From positions 1 to 64,000 of the IMG/VR virus record IMGVR_UViG_3300006040_000001: a stretch of DNA of 64,000 nucleotides; one strand, written 5' to 3'. The DNA comes from a virus. Position 1 is the stretch's first letter. Each line of letters starts with the position of its first letter. Made by a program: the position numbers and the translations under genes. Of the stretch, positions 29,050 to 39,203 are shown in pieces. A model generated the notes under the pieces. That model was not told the origin of the DNA and searched no databases. It worked only from the letters and a program-made list of their open reading frames with translations.

Positions 29050-29766
29050 ATGTCTAAGAACTCTACTCGTAATTCCGGCAACAAACCTGTTACACAACCG
29101 CCTGCTACCCCTACACCTGATGTAACAGCGCCGGTAGATACACCAGTAACCGAAGATACGGTAGTTGAACCAACAGCGTCAGAACCTATCACCGAATCCG
29201 TGGTAGCCACAGAGCCGCCGGCGACTGAGACCGAACCCGTAATCGATACCGTAGTTATTGATCCACTGCCCGTAGCAGCCACAGTCGAGACTGTATACGA
29301 TTTTATTAAGTTACGTCACCGTGGTTTTAATGAAGTCGATGCTAGCCCGTTACTAATCGATGTAGTGGATAGCATGGCTCGCTACGTAGAAGCTATGGCG
29401 CCTACAACCTCGATTGATCCCGCTACCGGCCGTATGTACCAGCAACAGCTTTACAACACCTTCTTGAAGGCTATTGGCGCTCCTGATGGCGAACATCGCT
29501 TAGCGTTAGATGCCATCACGTGGTTTATCAAACAGCATAACAACGCTGCATTTGCTGATCGTTATAGTGCCCGGTTTTTCGAGCTGTTAAAGATCTCCAA
29601 AGAATCACGTATGTGTTTTGAAGCAATTCTTAATCTGTTTATCGTTACCGCTGACGTTAGTACTCGTCGTGATGCGCTGCGCCGTTTAAACATGCGCAGC
29701 ATTATCCAAACGTTACCAACGTTACGATATCAGCAGTTGTTGTTAGATTACTACACCGGGTATTAA
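29050..29766 (+). CDS. hypothetical protein with P/T/E-rich disordered N-terminus
   Basis: 238 aa, GAGGA RBS, followed by a hairpin at 29773-29800. Confidence 0.75.
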   Translation: MSKNSTRNSGNKPVTQPPATPTPDVTAPVDTPVTEDTVVEPTASEPITESVVATEPPATETEPVIDTVVIDPLPVAATVETVYDFIKLRHRGFNEVDASPLLIDVVDSMARYVEAMAPTTSIDPATGRMYQQQLYNTFLKAIGAPDGEHRLALDAITWFIKQHNNAAFADRYSARFFELLKISKESRMCFEAILNLFIVTADVSTRRDALRRLNMRSIIQTLPTLRYQQLLLDYYTGY

Positions 29767-29811
29767 GACCTACACTGACTAGCTTAACGGCTAGTCAGTG
29801 GCACTATCCCA

Positions 29812-29842
29812 AATAATCACAGATGTATATTACCTAATAGAG
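29812..29842 (+). promoter_or_regulatory. early promoter
   Basis: AATAATCACAGATGTATATTACCTAATAGAG containing exact TATATTAC. Confidence 0.7.
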
Positions 29843-29905
29843 AAGAGCACTAAGTCCAACTCTGATCGCCCTCTTTAATAAAAAACTGGACTAGGATGAT
29901 AAAAA

Positions 29906-30130
29906 ATGACAACACGACAAGATTTAGCTAAGTATCGCAATACAACGGTCTCGTTCATACCAACATCGTCTAGACCAAACCCGTCATTAGCGCCGTGTGT
30001 GGCTTATGCGGGCGGTCGGTGGCGTACGTATGCACCTGCTAATGCAGCGCATGCAGTGGTTCGTGTTATCATTAAACGAAACGGCGTAATAATGGAGGGG
30101 TTACCCTGCACTAATTTAGCCGTTGCCTGA
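29906..30130 (+). CDS. small basic early hypothetical protein
   Basis: 74 aa, AGGA RBS, downstream of an early promoter; 28-bp palindrome 30137-30164 follows. Confidence 0.55.
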   Translation: MTTRQDLAKYRNTTVSFIPTSSRPNPSLAPCVAYAGGRWRTYAPANAAHAVVRVIIKRNGVIMEGLPCTNLAVA

Positions 30131-30202
30131 GGTACACTGCTCGGGGGTTATAACCCCCGAGCAGCCCTTTATTACTACTATTATTTTTGAGATATTATTA
30201 AC

Positions 30203-31066
30203 ATGTGCAAACGTTCCGATATTGAGTTAATCAACCATCTGGTGAAAACCCGTAAACTGTCAGCGGCCAAAGGTCAATACTGGCTAAGCTTACCGTTAGT
30301 AACCATCCCGCCAATGCCCACTGATGCAGACGGTAACTTTGACCACAGTCAGCCACGGTCGGATTGGCAGGAATTTTACTATCAGCATCGCGATGCTGAT
30401 CCACTAGACGTACTAGAGGCTGAGCTAGCCTGTCCGTTGTTTGACGAATTCGTAATTATGCTGTTTAAAGATTACTATGTCCATATCAGACTGGATAAAT
30501 CCCTAGTGTGGGGAATTAATCAGATCACTATCGTGGATAAAACAGAGGACGGGTTTTTTACCCTAGTACCTGCGGATGATTCAGGTGTTCTACGGATCAA
30601 TGCATACAACGATAAACCGTTCAAATGCAGTGCTAGCGACACGATGCCTTCATCAACTGGCGATGGCCGTACTATCGGTGAGGTAGCTACTGGACTAGCC
30701 GTACGGTTCATCTGTAGTACACTATTGTTTTTCCAATACAACCACCAAGCCGATCGCTACGCCGTAGAGGTCAGACCTGCTAAGCGAGGATTAGCCTTTA
30801 GTAAGAAATCAACACTAACCTCTAAACAAGGACCTAGTATTATCTATTTAGATAAGTTTCCTACACGATACGAGGCAGGCGAGCCATCCACTGAAGGTGG
30901 TCATAAGCGAGCTCATCCACGCCGTGGTCACTACAAAACACTTCGGGCTGATCGCTATCGTGATCATCCTAAGTACGGGGTAGAGAATGGCATTTATGTC
31001 AAACCCGCTTGGATCGGTGATAAATCTACCATCATCGAAGGTAATATCTATACAGTACGCGGTTGA
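30203..31066 (+). CDS. hypothetical phage protein with HxRRGH motif
   Basis: 287 aa; C-terminal KRAHPRRGHYK...VKPAWIG. Confidence 0.75.
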   Translation: MCKRSDIELINHLVKTRKLSAAKGQYWLSLPLVTIPPMPTDADGNFDHSQPRSDWQEFYYQHRDADPLDVLEAELACPLFDEFVIMLFKDYYVHIRLDKSLVWGINQITIVDKTEDGFFTLVPADDSGVLRINAYNDKPFKCSASDTMPSSTGDGRTIGEVATGLAVRFICSTLLFFQYNHQADRYAVEVRPAKRGLAFSKKSTLTSKQGPSIIYLDKFPTRYEAGEPSTEGGHKRAHPRRGHYKTLRADRYRDHPKYGVENGIYVKPAWIGDKSTIIEGNIYTVRG

Positions 31067-31118
31067 CGGCATACACTATAGGCTCTCCCGATGGGAGAGC
31101 CTATAGCCACTATGCCGT
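31066..31118. terminator. bidirectional hairpin flanked by ACGGCATA/TATGCCGT
   Basis: CTATAGGCTCTCCC-gat-GGGAGAGCCTATAG between convergent stops. Confidence 0.75.
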
Positions 31119-31379
31119 TTCTTTTTTGGGTTGTGGTTCGTCTACAGTATCCGCTAACAGCCATTCGTCGTACAGAGCCAGCCATTGGGACGGCGTAGGT
31201 AATCCAAACCCAGTAACCCCCAGCTCGATAGCATTAACGACACCCCCGCTCATGTTAATACCGAATGTCCGACGCTGATGTTCGTTCATCCCTTCGATAG
31301 AGATCAACTCACGTACCGTACATTCCTTAGATATATTAGCAACCTCCTCAATTTTAGGGTATGTCCCTTCGATGTCGAT
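31110..31379 (-). CDS. family B DNA polymerase (split, gp82-like) exon 2
   Basis: IDIEGTYP completes motif A when joined to exon 1 (HLAD|IDIEGTYP). Confidence 0.88.
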   Translation of the reverse strand: MDIEGTYPKIEEVANISKECTVRELISIEGMNEHQRRTFGINMSGGVVNAIELGVTGFGLPTPSQWLALYDEWLLADTVDEPQPKKETA

Positions 31380-33151
31380 CAAATGTGTTCGGTAGTGTCG
31401 TTAGTACTACCCGCAGCATTACCTGCCAAGCTTCAGAATTTCTCTGAACGTTCAGACTATATCAAACCCTCGTCTACGTGGATAACGTTACGGTCGGGTC
31501 CTGTCGTTTCGAGGGCACTTGCTCCCCTACACCTTGCTAAAGGGTTAGTCGTTGAGCTTACTTCACGCATTGGGTAAACGCAGAAAAGCTTCGCTGCTGG
31601 TTGGACATTGTACCGTCCCTTAGCCTCTCGGCGTAGGACATCTCGATTGTTTTTTCTGACTTTCGTCACCTATAACCGTACGTGCTTTCGCACCCCGTTT
31701 TGGTATTCGAGCTTTAGCCTTTTCCAGCGATTAGATCAGGTTACAGCCAGCGCCTTACAGCGGTGGTGGACTTAGATTGTCACGTAGCCTGTAGTATTCG
31801 AATAAATACTTTTGTCGATAAGTAACTTTTTCACTGATGAGTGATGCGATATACCCTGATCTTATTCCGTATTCAGCCGAGGCTTCGGCGCTGCTTAGAA
31901 AAAAGATACGAGTATTCGTTTCCAGATCCGTAACGATGACGCCGTCAGGCGGGTTTACAGGATACTTGCGGTAAATTAGCAGATGTTCGGCCGTGTGTAC
32001 AGGCCACTGCCCGTCCCAACCTTCCATATATCTAAAGTTATAACCCATAATAGGTATAACTTCGTTCTCGCGCGTATGTCGCGCAATAGTGGAATGCTTT
32101 ACCCCGGTAACTCGCTCACCCGATACACACCCCGTGAATATGACTACCTCACCCGTATATACGTTCCGTGCCATTATATCGCTGGCAACGCCCGCACGAC
32201 AGAGTCGGATATCAGATTCACTAATAACAGGCCACTCAGTACCATCATCATATTTGAAAAGTCGCATGTCTTCAAAAACCTTACCTTGGCTATTTTGCAC
32301 ACGGTAGCTAATAAACCCTGGGTTTTTAATACCTAAGGCTAGAGCACACGCCGAGACACTTCCATATCTTATTATCGTGCCCGTGGTAAGATCTTTGTAT
32401 AATACGGCTCGTGTAGCGTTCGGTCGTAGACCCATTGCATACGCGTGTTTATTATTATCCGAATAAGTTGACCACTCAATATTGAGTAGATCATCATTTC
32501 TTGGATCACCGTCTAAATGGTTTACTATCAAAGAAAACACATTACTACTATACGGCTTAAACGTAAGACAAAGTGCCTTATGCCTAAATAACATACAACT
32601 CCGGCCTATGGCGCCGGTCATTACGCGCGCACTGCTATAACCGCCCGTGGAGTTACGTTTTAAACACGGCTTTGTTTTATGCCATGTTAACGTCTTACCT
32701 GATTCAACATTCAGTAATATACCATTAGTATCAATAGCGTATCTGGTGTAGTAAGGTATGTAGAAGTACCCTGGGTACGATTCTACCTCTAGCGGGCCGT
32801 TACGAAAACGATAAACGAGATTCGAAAGAGTTGTGTTTAGTATGTTCTCATCTTTGTATAGAGGTTCTATCTCCATCCATAAATGCTCAGGTAGATCAAG
32901 CATCGCGTAAGCCGCCAATATTAACAATCCTACCTGATATTCTTTTTTACCAAACAGCCATTCTATTTCGACTACAAGATGTCCGTGTTTTACGGCGCTG
33001 GCCACAGCCATACCGTTAGCATCTAACACCTCGCCGTATTGATTGACACTATATCGTCTGCCGCTGTACGGCAGATATTTATTCGAATCCCCATGCATAC
33101 AGTACCTGTGAAATGATTAAGATCATAACATAGGTTACATGACATTTGTTA
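31380..33151 (-). mobile_element. group I self-splicing intron (1772 nt) in the DNA polymerase gene
   Basis: Exon ends in U and intron ends in G; P AAUCGCUGGAAA (31721-31732), Q AACCAGCAGC (31593-31602), R UCAACGACUA (31546-31555), S GAUAUAGUC (31455-31463); splicing restores the frame. Confidence 0.92.
31755..33098 (-). CDS. intron-encoded HNH homing endonuclease
   Basis: VNHLDGDPRNDDLLNIEWSTYSDNNKHA; C-terminal NUMOD1-like repeats (YGSVSACALALGI, FLSSAEASAEYGI). Confidence 0.9.
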   Translation of the reverse strand: MHGDSNKYLPYSGRRYSVNQYGEVLDANGMAVASAVKHGHLVVEIEWLFGKKEYQVGLLILAAYAMLDLPEHLWMEIEPLYKDENILNTTLSNLVYRFRNGPLEVESYPGYFYIPYYTRYAIDTNGILLNVESGKTLTWHKTKPCLKRNSTGGYSSARVMTGAIGRSCMLFRHKALCLTFKPYSSNVFSLIVNHLDGDPRNDDLLNIEWSTYSDNNKHAYAMGLRPNATRAVLYKDLTTGTIIRYGSVSACALALGIKNPGFISYRVQNSQGKVFEDMRLFKYDDGTEWPVISESDIRLCRAGVASDIMARNVYTGEVVIFTGCVSGERVTGVKHSTIARHTRENEVIPIMGYNFRYMEGWDGQWPVHTAEHLLIYRKYPVNPPDGVIVTDLETNTRIFFLSSAEASAEYGIRSGYIASLISEKVTYRQKYLFEYYRLRDNLSPPPL

Positions 33152-34627
33152 ATCAGCCAAATGTATATAAACTAAAGACCTTACTGTAGGCAGCTCCCGT
33201 ATCAACGCCAATCCGTTATTATCCATTAAATGGGCAGGCATTGTAATTATCCATTCCTTCATGCTAATAACGCCCTGGTCTAGGTCGTCATCCGCTATAT
33301 CACTACCCGTAGTAGCTACTACGCATTTAATGTTACGGTAATAGTAATGTAAGTCATCTACAATCCGTCTAGGGTTACTGGTGAAATTACGGAAATCAGA
33401 ATCACCGCATAAAATCGGGAACGTCTTAGCGATGTCATTCGTTTTCTCATCCAGTAACTCTACACCAATACAGTCGAAGATGTTATACGCGACGTACTCA
33501 AAAGGATAGTTACGCTGCATCTCGATGTGCCATGCTAGTCCATCTAAGTGCGCTACTTCTGGAACCGCTAGTTTACCAATCCCTATGTGTTTATTTAAAA
33601 TAGCATCTAACGAATAACTAGGCTCCATACCTTTAGCTACCCGAATACGTTTATACAAACACGCGGCATCGATAAAATAGAAACTTGCCGGACAGTCTAT
33701 AGTGTGCCATCGATCAGCCCAGTGTAGCGGCATAATCTTACCAGACTGCGTGACCTTCTGACGTTTGCCTTCGTTATATTTAAAGTAACGATATTGCTTA
33801 GGTACTATCGGATCACTGAACACCTCACCTAAATCATAGCCTTCCTTAGTTAACGTAGATATAATGATAGGTAAGTCGAAGTTAATATTCCAAACCGTAA
33901 TGAAATCCGGTTTCCACTCATGCGCCCGTTTAAATACCGCAGCACAGCATTCACCGGCACTATCACACACTACAAACTCTACGTTTAACCCACGCTCGGC
34001 CACTACGTCAGCCATAAGCTTGTTTAACATATATGTGGAGTTACGTATGGGATCGCTAGACTTAGGGATGAACGATGTGTTAATAGCCGTAATGACGCGG
34101 CCCTTAAAACTTAACGTGATTAGAATAATTTCACTAGTACCGCGTACTACGTCAGTCTCGATATCTAATACCGCTACTGTAGCAGACGGACTATAGAGGT
34201 CAGGGTATTTTTGTTCGTAGTCCTTACGGATTAACGAAGTCGTCTCGATGTCTGCGCCGTAAATATAAGGAGACTTAGCTAACTGTCTATAGCGTGGATT
34301 AACTGCCGGTCTGCCGTATAACGCTCTAGAGATACTATCGACCAGTTTAAACTTAGGTGACTCGAAACGCTGTAAGCGATCTTCAGACTCATATTCTTTT
34401 TTGTCTTGGTGGTTACGATAACCTTCCCGGGTAATCCAGAAGGGTTGTTTATAGTTCTCGAATAACCGCATTTTAGGGAACCGCGTACCGTCTTTTAGAT
34501 GCACGTATTCCTTAGCGACGTGTAAGTCTGATCGCCCGTCGTGTGCTAAACAATATGTTACGTGTCTACATTCTAATCCTAATACTTCATCCGGCGTGAC
34601 AGCCCTAGGCGCTACGATTTCAGCCAT
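33152..34627 (-). CDS. family B DNA polymerase (split, phiKZ gp82-like: 3'-5' exonuclease domain) exon 1
   Basis: ExoI LDIET, ExoII WNINFD, YSLDAI, ExoIII YNIFD; the spliced product would be 581 aa. Confidence 0.9.
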
Positions 34628-34734
34628 TTTAATTCCTCACCTATCGGTTTACTATAGCATAGTATACTCGTGTTAAATCTTAAGACAACAAACCCGTTTA
34701 TTATGTGATTAATCTTTTTCAAGAGACGGCTAAC

Positions 34735-36057
34735 ATGCAAAAATATTACGTACCGGGCTTAGAGTCCGTTAGTTTTCAATCGGATTCCTTCTTTAAAGCG
34801 CTCTGCGAATGCATTGGTAACTTACGCACCAAAGGTGATTATAAACCTAAAGCGATTAATGAGTCAGGGTTAGTCGCTACAGTAATGGCCTACACCGGTA
34901 TGCTGATTGATTTTAAAATCGATCCTAGCGAGTCCGTTAACGCCTGGGTTATGTTGCCGCAGCTCGATAAAAACCATCCGTTCTGGGATGCGTTTAGACG
35001 CGAGTACGGTAACTCTGAAGGCGTAGCCTTAATTAAAGCCGCGGGCGGCACTGTGCGAGGTACAGTCGACCGCGAGACTGGTCGGGTAAGTGGTGTGTAT
35101 AGTAAGGTAGAAGCCACTGTAGCACTAAATCGTGGCCTCATTAATAATAAAACGCGATACACCACGGAAGAAGTAGTATCTATTTTATTACATGAGCTAG
35201 GGCATCTATTTACGTACTTCGAAGTATTTGGTAAGATATCTCGAACCTCTAATATTATCGCTGCAATGGCTAAAGGTCTGTATGAGCTAGAAGACCAAAC
35301 TGCTCGTACAGATGTGATCAAAGAAGCTTCCAAAGCATTATGTATCGATATCGAAGATCCAGGTTCTATCGCACAGCTACCCAAAGGTAAACGCGAGACT
35401 AGTGCTGAAACTATTTTTATCAGTAAGCTAGCAATGTCTGCTCGTTCTGAGTCGGGGATATCATCTTACGAAACCCGTTCATGCGAGCAGCTCGCTGATC
35501 AATACGCTATGAAGTTTGGAGCCGGGCGTCATTTAGCAACAGCTAACTTTAAGATGTATTCAGACGATGGTGATGCTAGTTATCGTTCACGTAGTCTACA
35601 TATATTGTTAGAGGTAATTGATGCAGTACACGTTACGGCTATTGGTGCCGGATGGGCGTTGATGTTTGGTGCGTCTACGGTGGCCGCTGTAGCCGGTACT
35701 GCCGCCGCGACCTTTGGCTTCGTAACTGTCTTAGCCTTACTCATATACGACCCATTAGACCGCACTTATGATAACGGCGAGCAACGTATTGTCTTAATGC
35801 GCCGTACGCTAACAGAAGCCCTCAAGAACCCTAAGTTGTCGGATGAACAACGCAAAGCTTATTTAGCGGATATCGAAGTCATTAAATCACTCGATACCCA
35901 GCTCCAGTTTAAACGTGGACTATTCGAGTACTTGGTTACTACGATTACGCCACGCGGTCGTAAAGACTTACGTCAGCAGGACATCCAGAAATCCATCGAA
36001 GCCTTATTAACGAATGATCTGTTCGTTAAAGCCAGTCAATTTAAAGTCGGAGTATAA
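34735..36057 (+). CDS. virion protein with HExxH zinc-metallopeptidase motif and hydrophobic segment
   Basis: N-terminal GLE-S, LLHELGH, EQLADQYA, long hydrophobic stretch. Confidence 0.75.
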   Translation: MQKYYVPGLESVSFQSDSFFKALCECIGNLRTKGDYKPKAINESGLVATVMAYTGMLIDFKIDPSESVNAWVMLPQLDKNHPFWDAFRREYGNSEGVALIKAAGGTVRGTVDRETGRVSGVYSKVEATVALNRGLINNKTRYTTEEVVSILLHELGHLFTYFEVFGKISRTSNIIAAMAKGLYELEDQTARTDVIKEASKALCIDIEDPGSIAQLPKGKRETSAETIFISKLAMSARSESGISSYETRSCEQLADQYAMKFGAGRHLATANFKMYSDDGDASYRSRSLHILLEVIDAVHVTAIGAGWALMFGASTVAAVAGTAAATFGFVTVLALLIYDPLDRTYDNGEQRIVLMRRTLTEALKNPKLSDEQRKAYLADIEVIKSLDTQLQFKRGLFEYLVTTITPRGRKDLRQQDIQKSIEALLTNDLFVKASQFKVGV

Positions 36058-36059
36058 CC

Positions 36060-36566
36060 ATGTCGATCGTTACACTAGCTTCACACATTCGCAGCTTAAT
36101 GCAGTCGTTCTCTAGTCAGTTAACTGACCGTGAGCGTAATACAGTTATCGCTACGGCGATTGCCCGTGCCTTGGCCTATAATCTACCGATTCCGTCAAGC
36201 CCTGTAAACTTAGTGCATTCACATTACCAGCAGTCGTTTGATCAGCAGGTCTGTAATGTTATTAATGAGTTTAACGAACAGCTCGTCGTGGACACACGTT
36301 TAGCACGGGATCTGACCTTTAAGTTCTATAAGTTCCGCTACGAGATGGTGTTCTCACCTGAGCTTTACTTAGATACATTACCATTACTGGCCGCAGCAGT
36401 GCCTGATTTATTCGCTGACTCAGTACGGTCAGTAATTAGTAAAGAACTCACACGTGAAGATACAGTGACGTATTTTAACGAGTGGGGTCGTATCGTATCG
36501 CGTGTGTCAGAACACATCCGTGATAAATCATCGAACGGGGTACTAGATACCTCTACTGCTATTTAA
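36060..36566 (+). CDS. putative virion structural protein
   Basis: 168 aa, GGAG RBS, in the late structural block. Confidence 0.65.
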   Translation: MSIVTLASHIRSLMQSFSSQLTDRERNTVIATAIARALAYNLPIPSSPVNLVHSHYQQSFDQQVCNVINEFNEQLVVDTRLARDLTFKFYKFRYEMVFSPELYLDTLPLLAAAVPDLFADSVRSVISKELTREDTVTYFNEWGRIVSRVSEHIRDKSSNGVLDTSTAI

Positions 36567-36582
36567 CCTAGAGGCCGGCACC

Positions 36583-39168
36583 ATGGATACATTAGCCACG
36601 CAGTGGGCTGGCATCACTAACGATATAGAGCGCTTAGATCGTCTAAGCGCGTTAGCCACCAGCATTAGACAGCACGGCATGTCTCATGACACAATGGTGG
36701 CTCTAGAGTCCGTAGAGCCTGGTATGTTGTTACGGGATATACCCTCTACTGCCTTTACTATCGACCCTAGTGATGTACGCCAGTCTATCAGTTTAGAACG
36801 TATCGGGTATTTAAAAGCAGGTATCATAGGCGGGTTACTCGCCGCGCTGATCGCTTTTTTAGTTAAGTTGTTTCGAGGACGTACTGCAAACAAACATCAC
36901 GCCCGCGATATGCAAAATGCTAAAGAAGAAGCGACTGAAGCCGACGATCAGTTTAGCGAAGTCCGTGAAGCCGCTGCTGAGGAAACCCAAAACACCTCCA
37001 CTACTTTAACCCGCGATGAGTTAAAAAAGCTCTATAACCATCTTATTAAGATTGGCTTAGAAGAAGCAGACGCGCGTAAATGGACAGCTGATACCCACGC
37101 CGTCCGCGATTATTTTTTTCATTCAAAAACCTATCGTGACGACATCCTGTCATACGCGATGGATAAATGCTGTTTCCCAATATTGCTAGCCGACGATTAC
37201 TTACAGCTACAAGACGAGTTACGTAACGTGGTAACTGCTATATTGCCTGAAGCACCAAACCGTATAGCCTATCTAGGGCAGCTTGCTGCCTATGCCCGTA
37301 TGCTGTATGATACACAAAACATCTTCATCCGCAACCACGAATTCGATCCAGTACCGACGTACACCGCAGACATTGGCATGATGCGGCTATACACCAGTAC
37401 CACGGGTGATACCACGCGCGGCGTATCGCCTATCGTAGATGACTTTAATGGCAAAGTAGCCCAGTTATTTACGCCAATGAAAGCACCCGGTAAACAGTTA
37501 CTATCCCCGTTATTGGTAGACGAGCGATATACGACTGTATTGAAAGATACCGTAACAGCTGCGATTGAATACGAGGATTACTACATCAGTAAAGGCGTAA
37601 AAGGTATTGAAGGACTCAGTATATACGTAGAAGAACTTGAACGTGCTATGAAAGATAAACACAGCATTGATTCACAGCGCGAGAAAGTATTCATCCTTTA
37701 TGATATTGTAAAGGATGAACTGCGTGCCACCGCTCGGATTGCTTCTACGATGATCATGATCCGCGAACGCAGTGAACGTATCGTATCTGTATTACAGAAT
37801 GCTACTACCACGCTGACCACTGCTCGTGAGTTAATTGAGTCACTACGTAAACAACTGAAGATCAGTAAGTACTACTCTAACGAATCACTCGAACCCGTAG
37901 CTGAGACGAATCCTATCGCCGCCCTAGAAATGGATGATGAAGTTATCGTAGCGTTACTAGGCCAGGCCGATGCATTAGAGTCTATCCATAACCAGATCAC
38001 TTATGCAGGTACCATTAGTCGTAGAGATGCTGCCACTATCAATACAATTGGACGCTGTGAGGCACTACGTGTAACAGACTATACGCAGCATGCTTCTAAA
38101 GTGGGTTTACAGCCCGCACTAGAGTCAATGTCTGATCTTATCCAGAAAGCTGCCCGTGCAATTATTGAGTTTATAAGCAATACGCTTAAACGACTTATCA
38201 GTTGGCTACGCGGTACGTCTAATGAGGACAACCTATCCACGCGTAAAGCAAACCTAGCTAAGACTTTTAAAACGTTTGTAGCGAGGCAGGAGTTATCATT
38301 ACGGTTAGTAGATCAGGCGATGGCTGCCGGTGGTCTCAAACCAATTAGTGAAGCCGTAGATATCTACCATACCAAAGGTAAATTATCACCACAGTTTCCA
38401 ACGGTACGTGGGGCGCATCCTAATGCCGTGCAGGATATGTTATTCAAAGCGTTGGCATCGGAACCCAATAATCGAATCAACGCACTCACGATGGATATTA
38501 TCGATGGTAAGTTCCATACTCGTACAGCTATCGAGTTAACGACAGCTGAACTAGCTATTGCTATCCCTCGACTAACGGCTAGTATCCAGCAGTTAGCAGC
38601 TAGTCCTGATGCTCCCTTAGACCACACTGGCGACATAGCCAGACTCAAAACCTACGCTGAGAAGATGTACACCGCTATTAAAGATAGACCCACGGGTTTA
38701 CCTACAGGCGGCTTTAAAGCAGCTGTGGGGGAGGTGGTCGATATACATACTCGACTGTCGGCTGCCCGTGCTGCTACCCCGGAGATCGTGCTAGATGCAT
38801 CGTGGCTTACTAAAGTAAATATGGATAGTTACTTTAGTTTACTAACGGAGCATAAAGCTGAGCTACATTTATTGGAGCAGGCTGATAAAGCATTGGCAGC
38901 GCTTCGTAAGAACACTAATAACACACCTGAGTTTAAGGCCGGGTTAGAAGAACTTACGGACTACCTAGCCGTGGTGACTAAGTTGACAGTCATGATGCGT
39001 AATATACGCAGTGCCGCACGTGTGTTCCTAAAAGTAAGCGAGCGCATTACCGGTACGTTAATAGGAATCTTTATCATAGCTCACCAGAACGTATGTAAAG
39101 GAACGGCACCCGCTATCTTACGTAAGGAAGCTAGAGTATTGGAACGTGCTGCTAACACACTACTTTAA
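36583..39168 (+). CDS. internal head/ejection protein, two tandem modules
   Basis: 861 aa with two propeptide-like regions rich in ALE/SLE sites. Confidence 0.75.
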   Translation: MDTLATQWAGITNDIERLDRLSALATSIRQHGMSHDTMVALESVEPGMLLRDIPSTAFTIDPSDVRQSISLERIGYLKAGIIGGLLAALIAFLVKLFRGRTANKHHARDMQNAKEEATEADDQFSEVREAAAEETQNTSTTLTRDELKKLYNHLIKIGLEEADARKWTADTHAVRDYFFHSKTYRDDILSYAMDKCCFPILLADDYLQLQDELRNVVTAILPEAPNRIAYLGQLAAYARMLYDTQNIFIRNHEFDPVPTYTADIGMMRLYTSTTGDTTRGVSPIVDDFNGKVAQLFTPMKAPGKQLLSPLLVDERYTTVLKDTVTAAIEYEDYYISKGVKGIEGLSIYVEELERAMKDKHSIDSQREKVFILYDIVKDELRATARIASTMIMIRERSERIVSVLQNATTTLTTARELIESLRKQLKISKYYSNESLEPVAETNPIAALEMDDEVIVALLGQADALESIHNQITYAGTISRRDAATINTIGRCEALRVTDYTQHASKVGLQPALESMSDLIQKAARAIIEFISNTLKRLISWLRGTSNEDNLSTRKANLAKTFKTFVARQELSLRLVDQAMAAGGLKPISEAVDIYHTKGKLSPQFPTVRGAHPNAVQDMLFKALASEPNNRINALTMDIIDGKFHTRTAIELTTAELAIAIPRLTASIQQLAASPDAPLDHTGDIARLKTYAEKMYTAIKDRPTGLPTGGFKAAVGEVVDIHTRLSAARAATPEIVLDASWLTKVNMDSYFSLLTEHKAELHLLEQADKALAALRKNTNNTPEFKAGLEELTDYLAVVTKLTVMMRNIRSAARVFLKVSERITGTLIGIFIIAHQNVCKGTAPAILRKEARVLERAANTLL

Positions 39169-39203
39169 TCACTAGGCGGGGTACCCCGCCTAAGGGAGGC
39201 CTA

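Noticed and set aside
31110-31382. Stand-alone 90-aa gene starting at TTG
   Set aside because: It is polymerase exon 2; the G of TTG is the intron's terminal G
31457-31669. 70-aa minus-strand ORF and overlapping + strand ORFs (31063-31577)
   Set aside because: They lie over the intron catalytic core or exon 2 and are not independent genes
31380-33151. Group II intron or retroelement interpretation
   Set aside because: No GUGYG start, domain V or reverse transcriptase; group I P/Q/R/S elements are present
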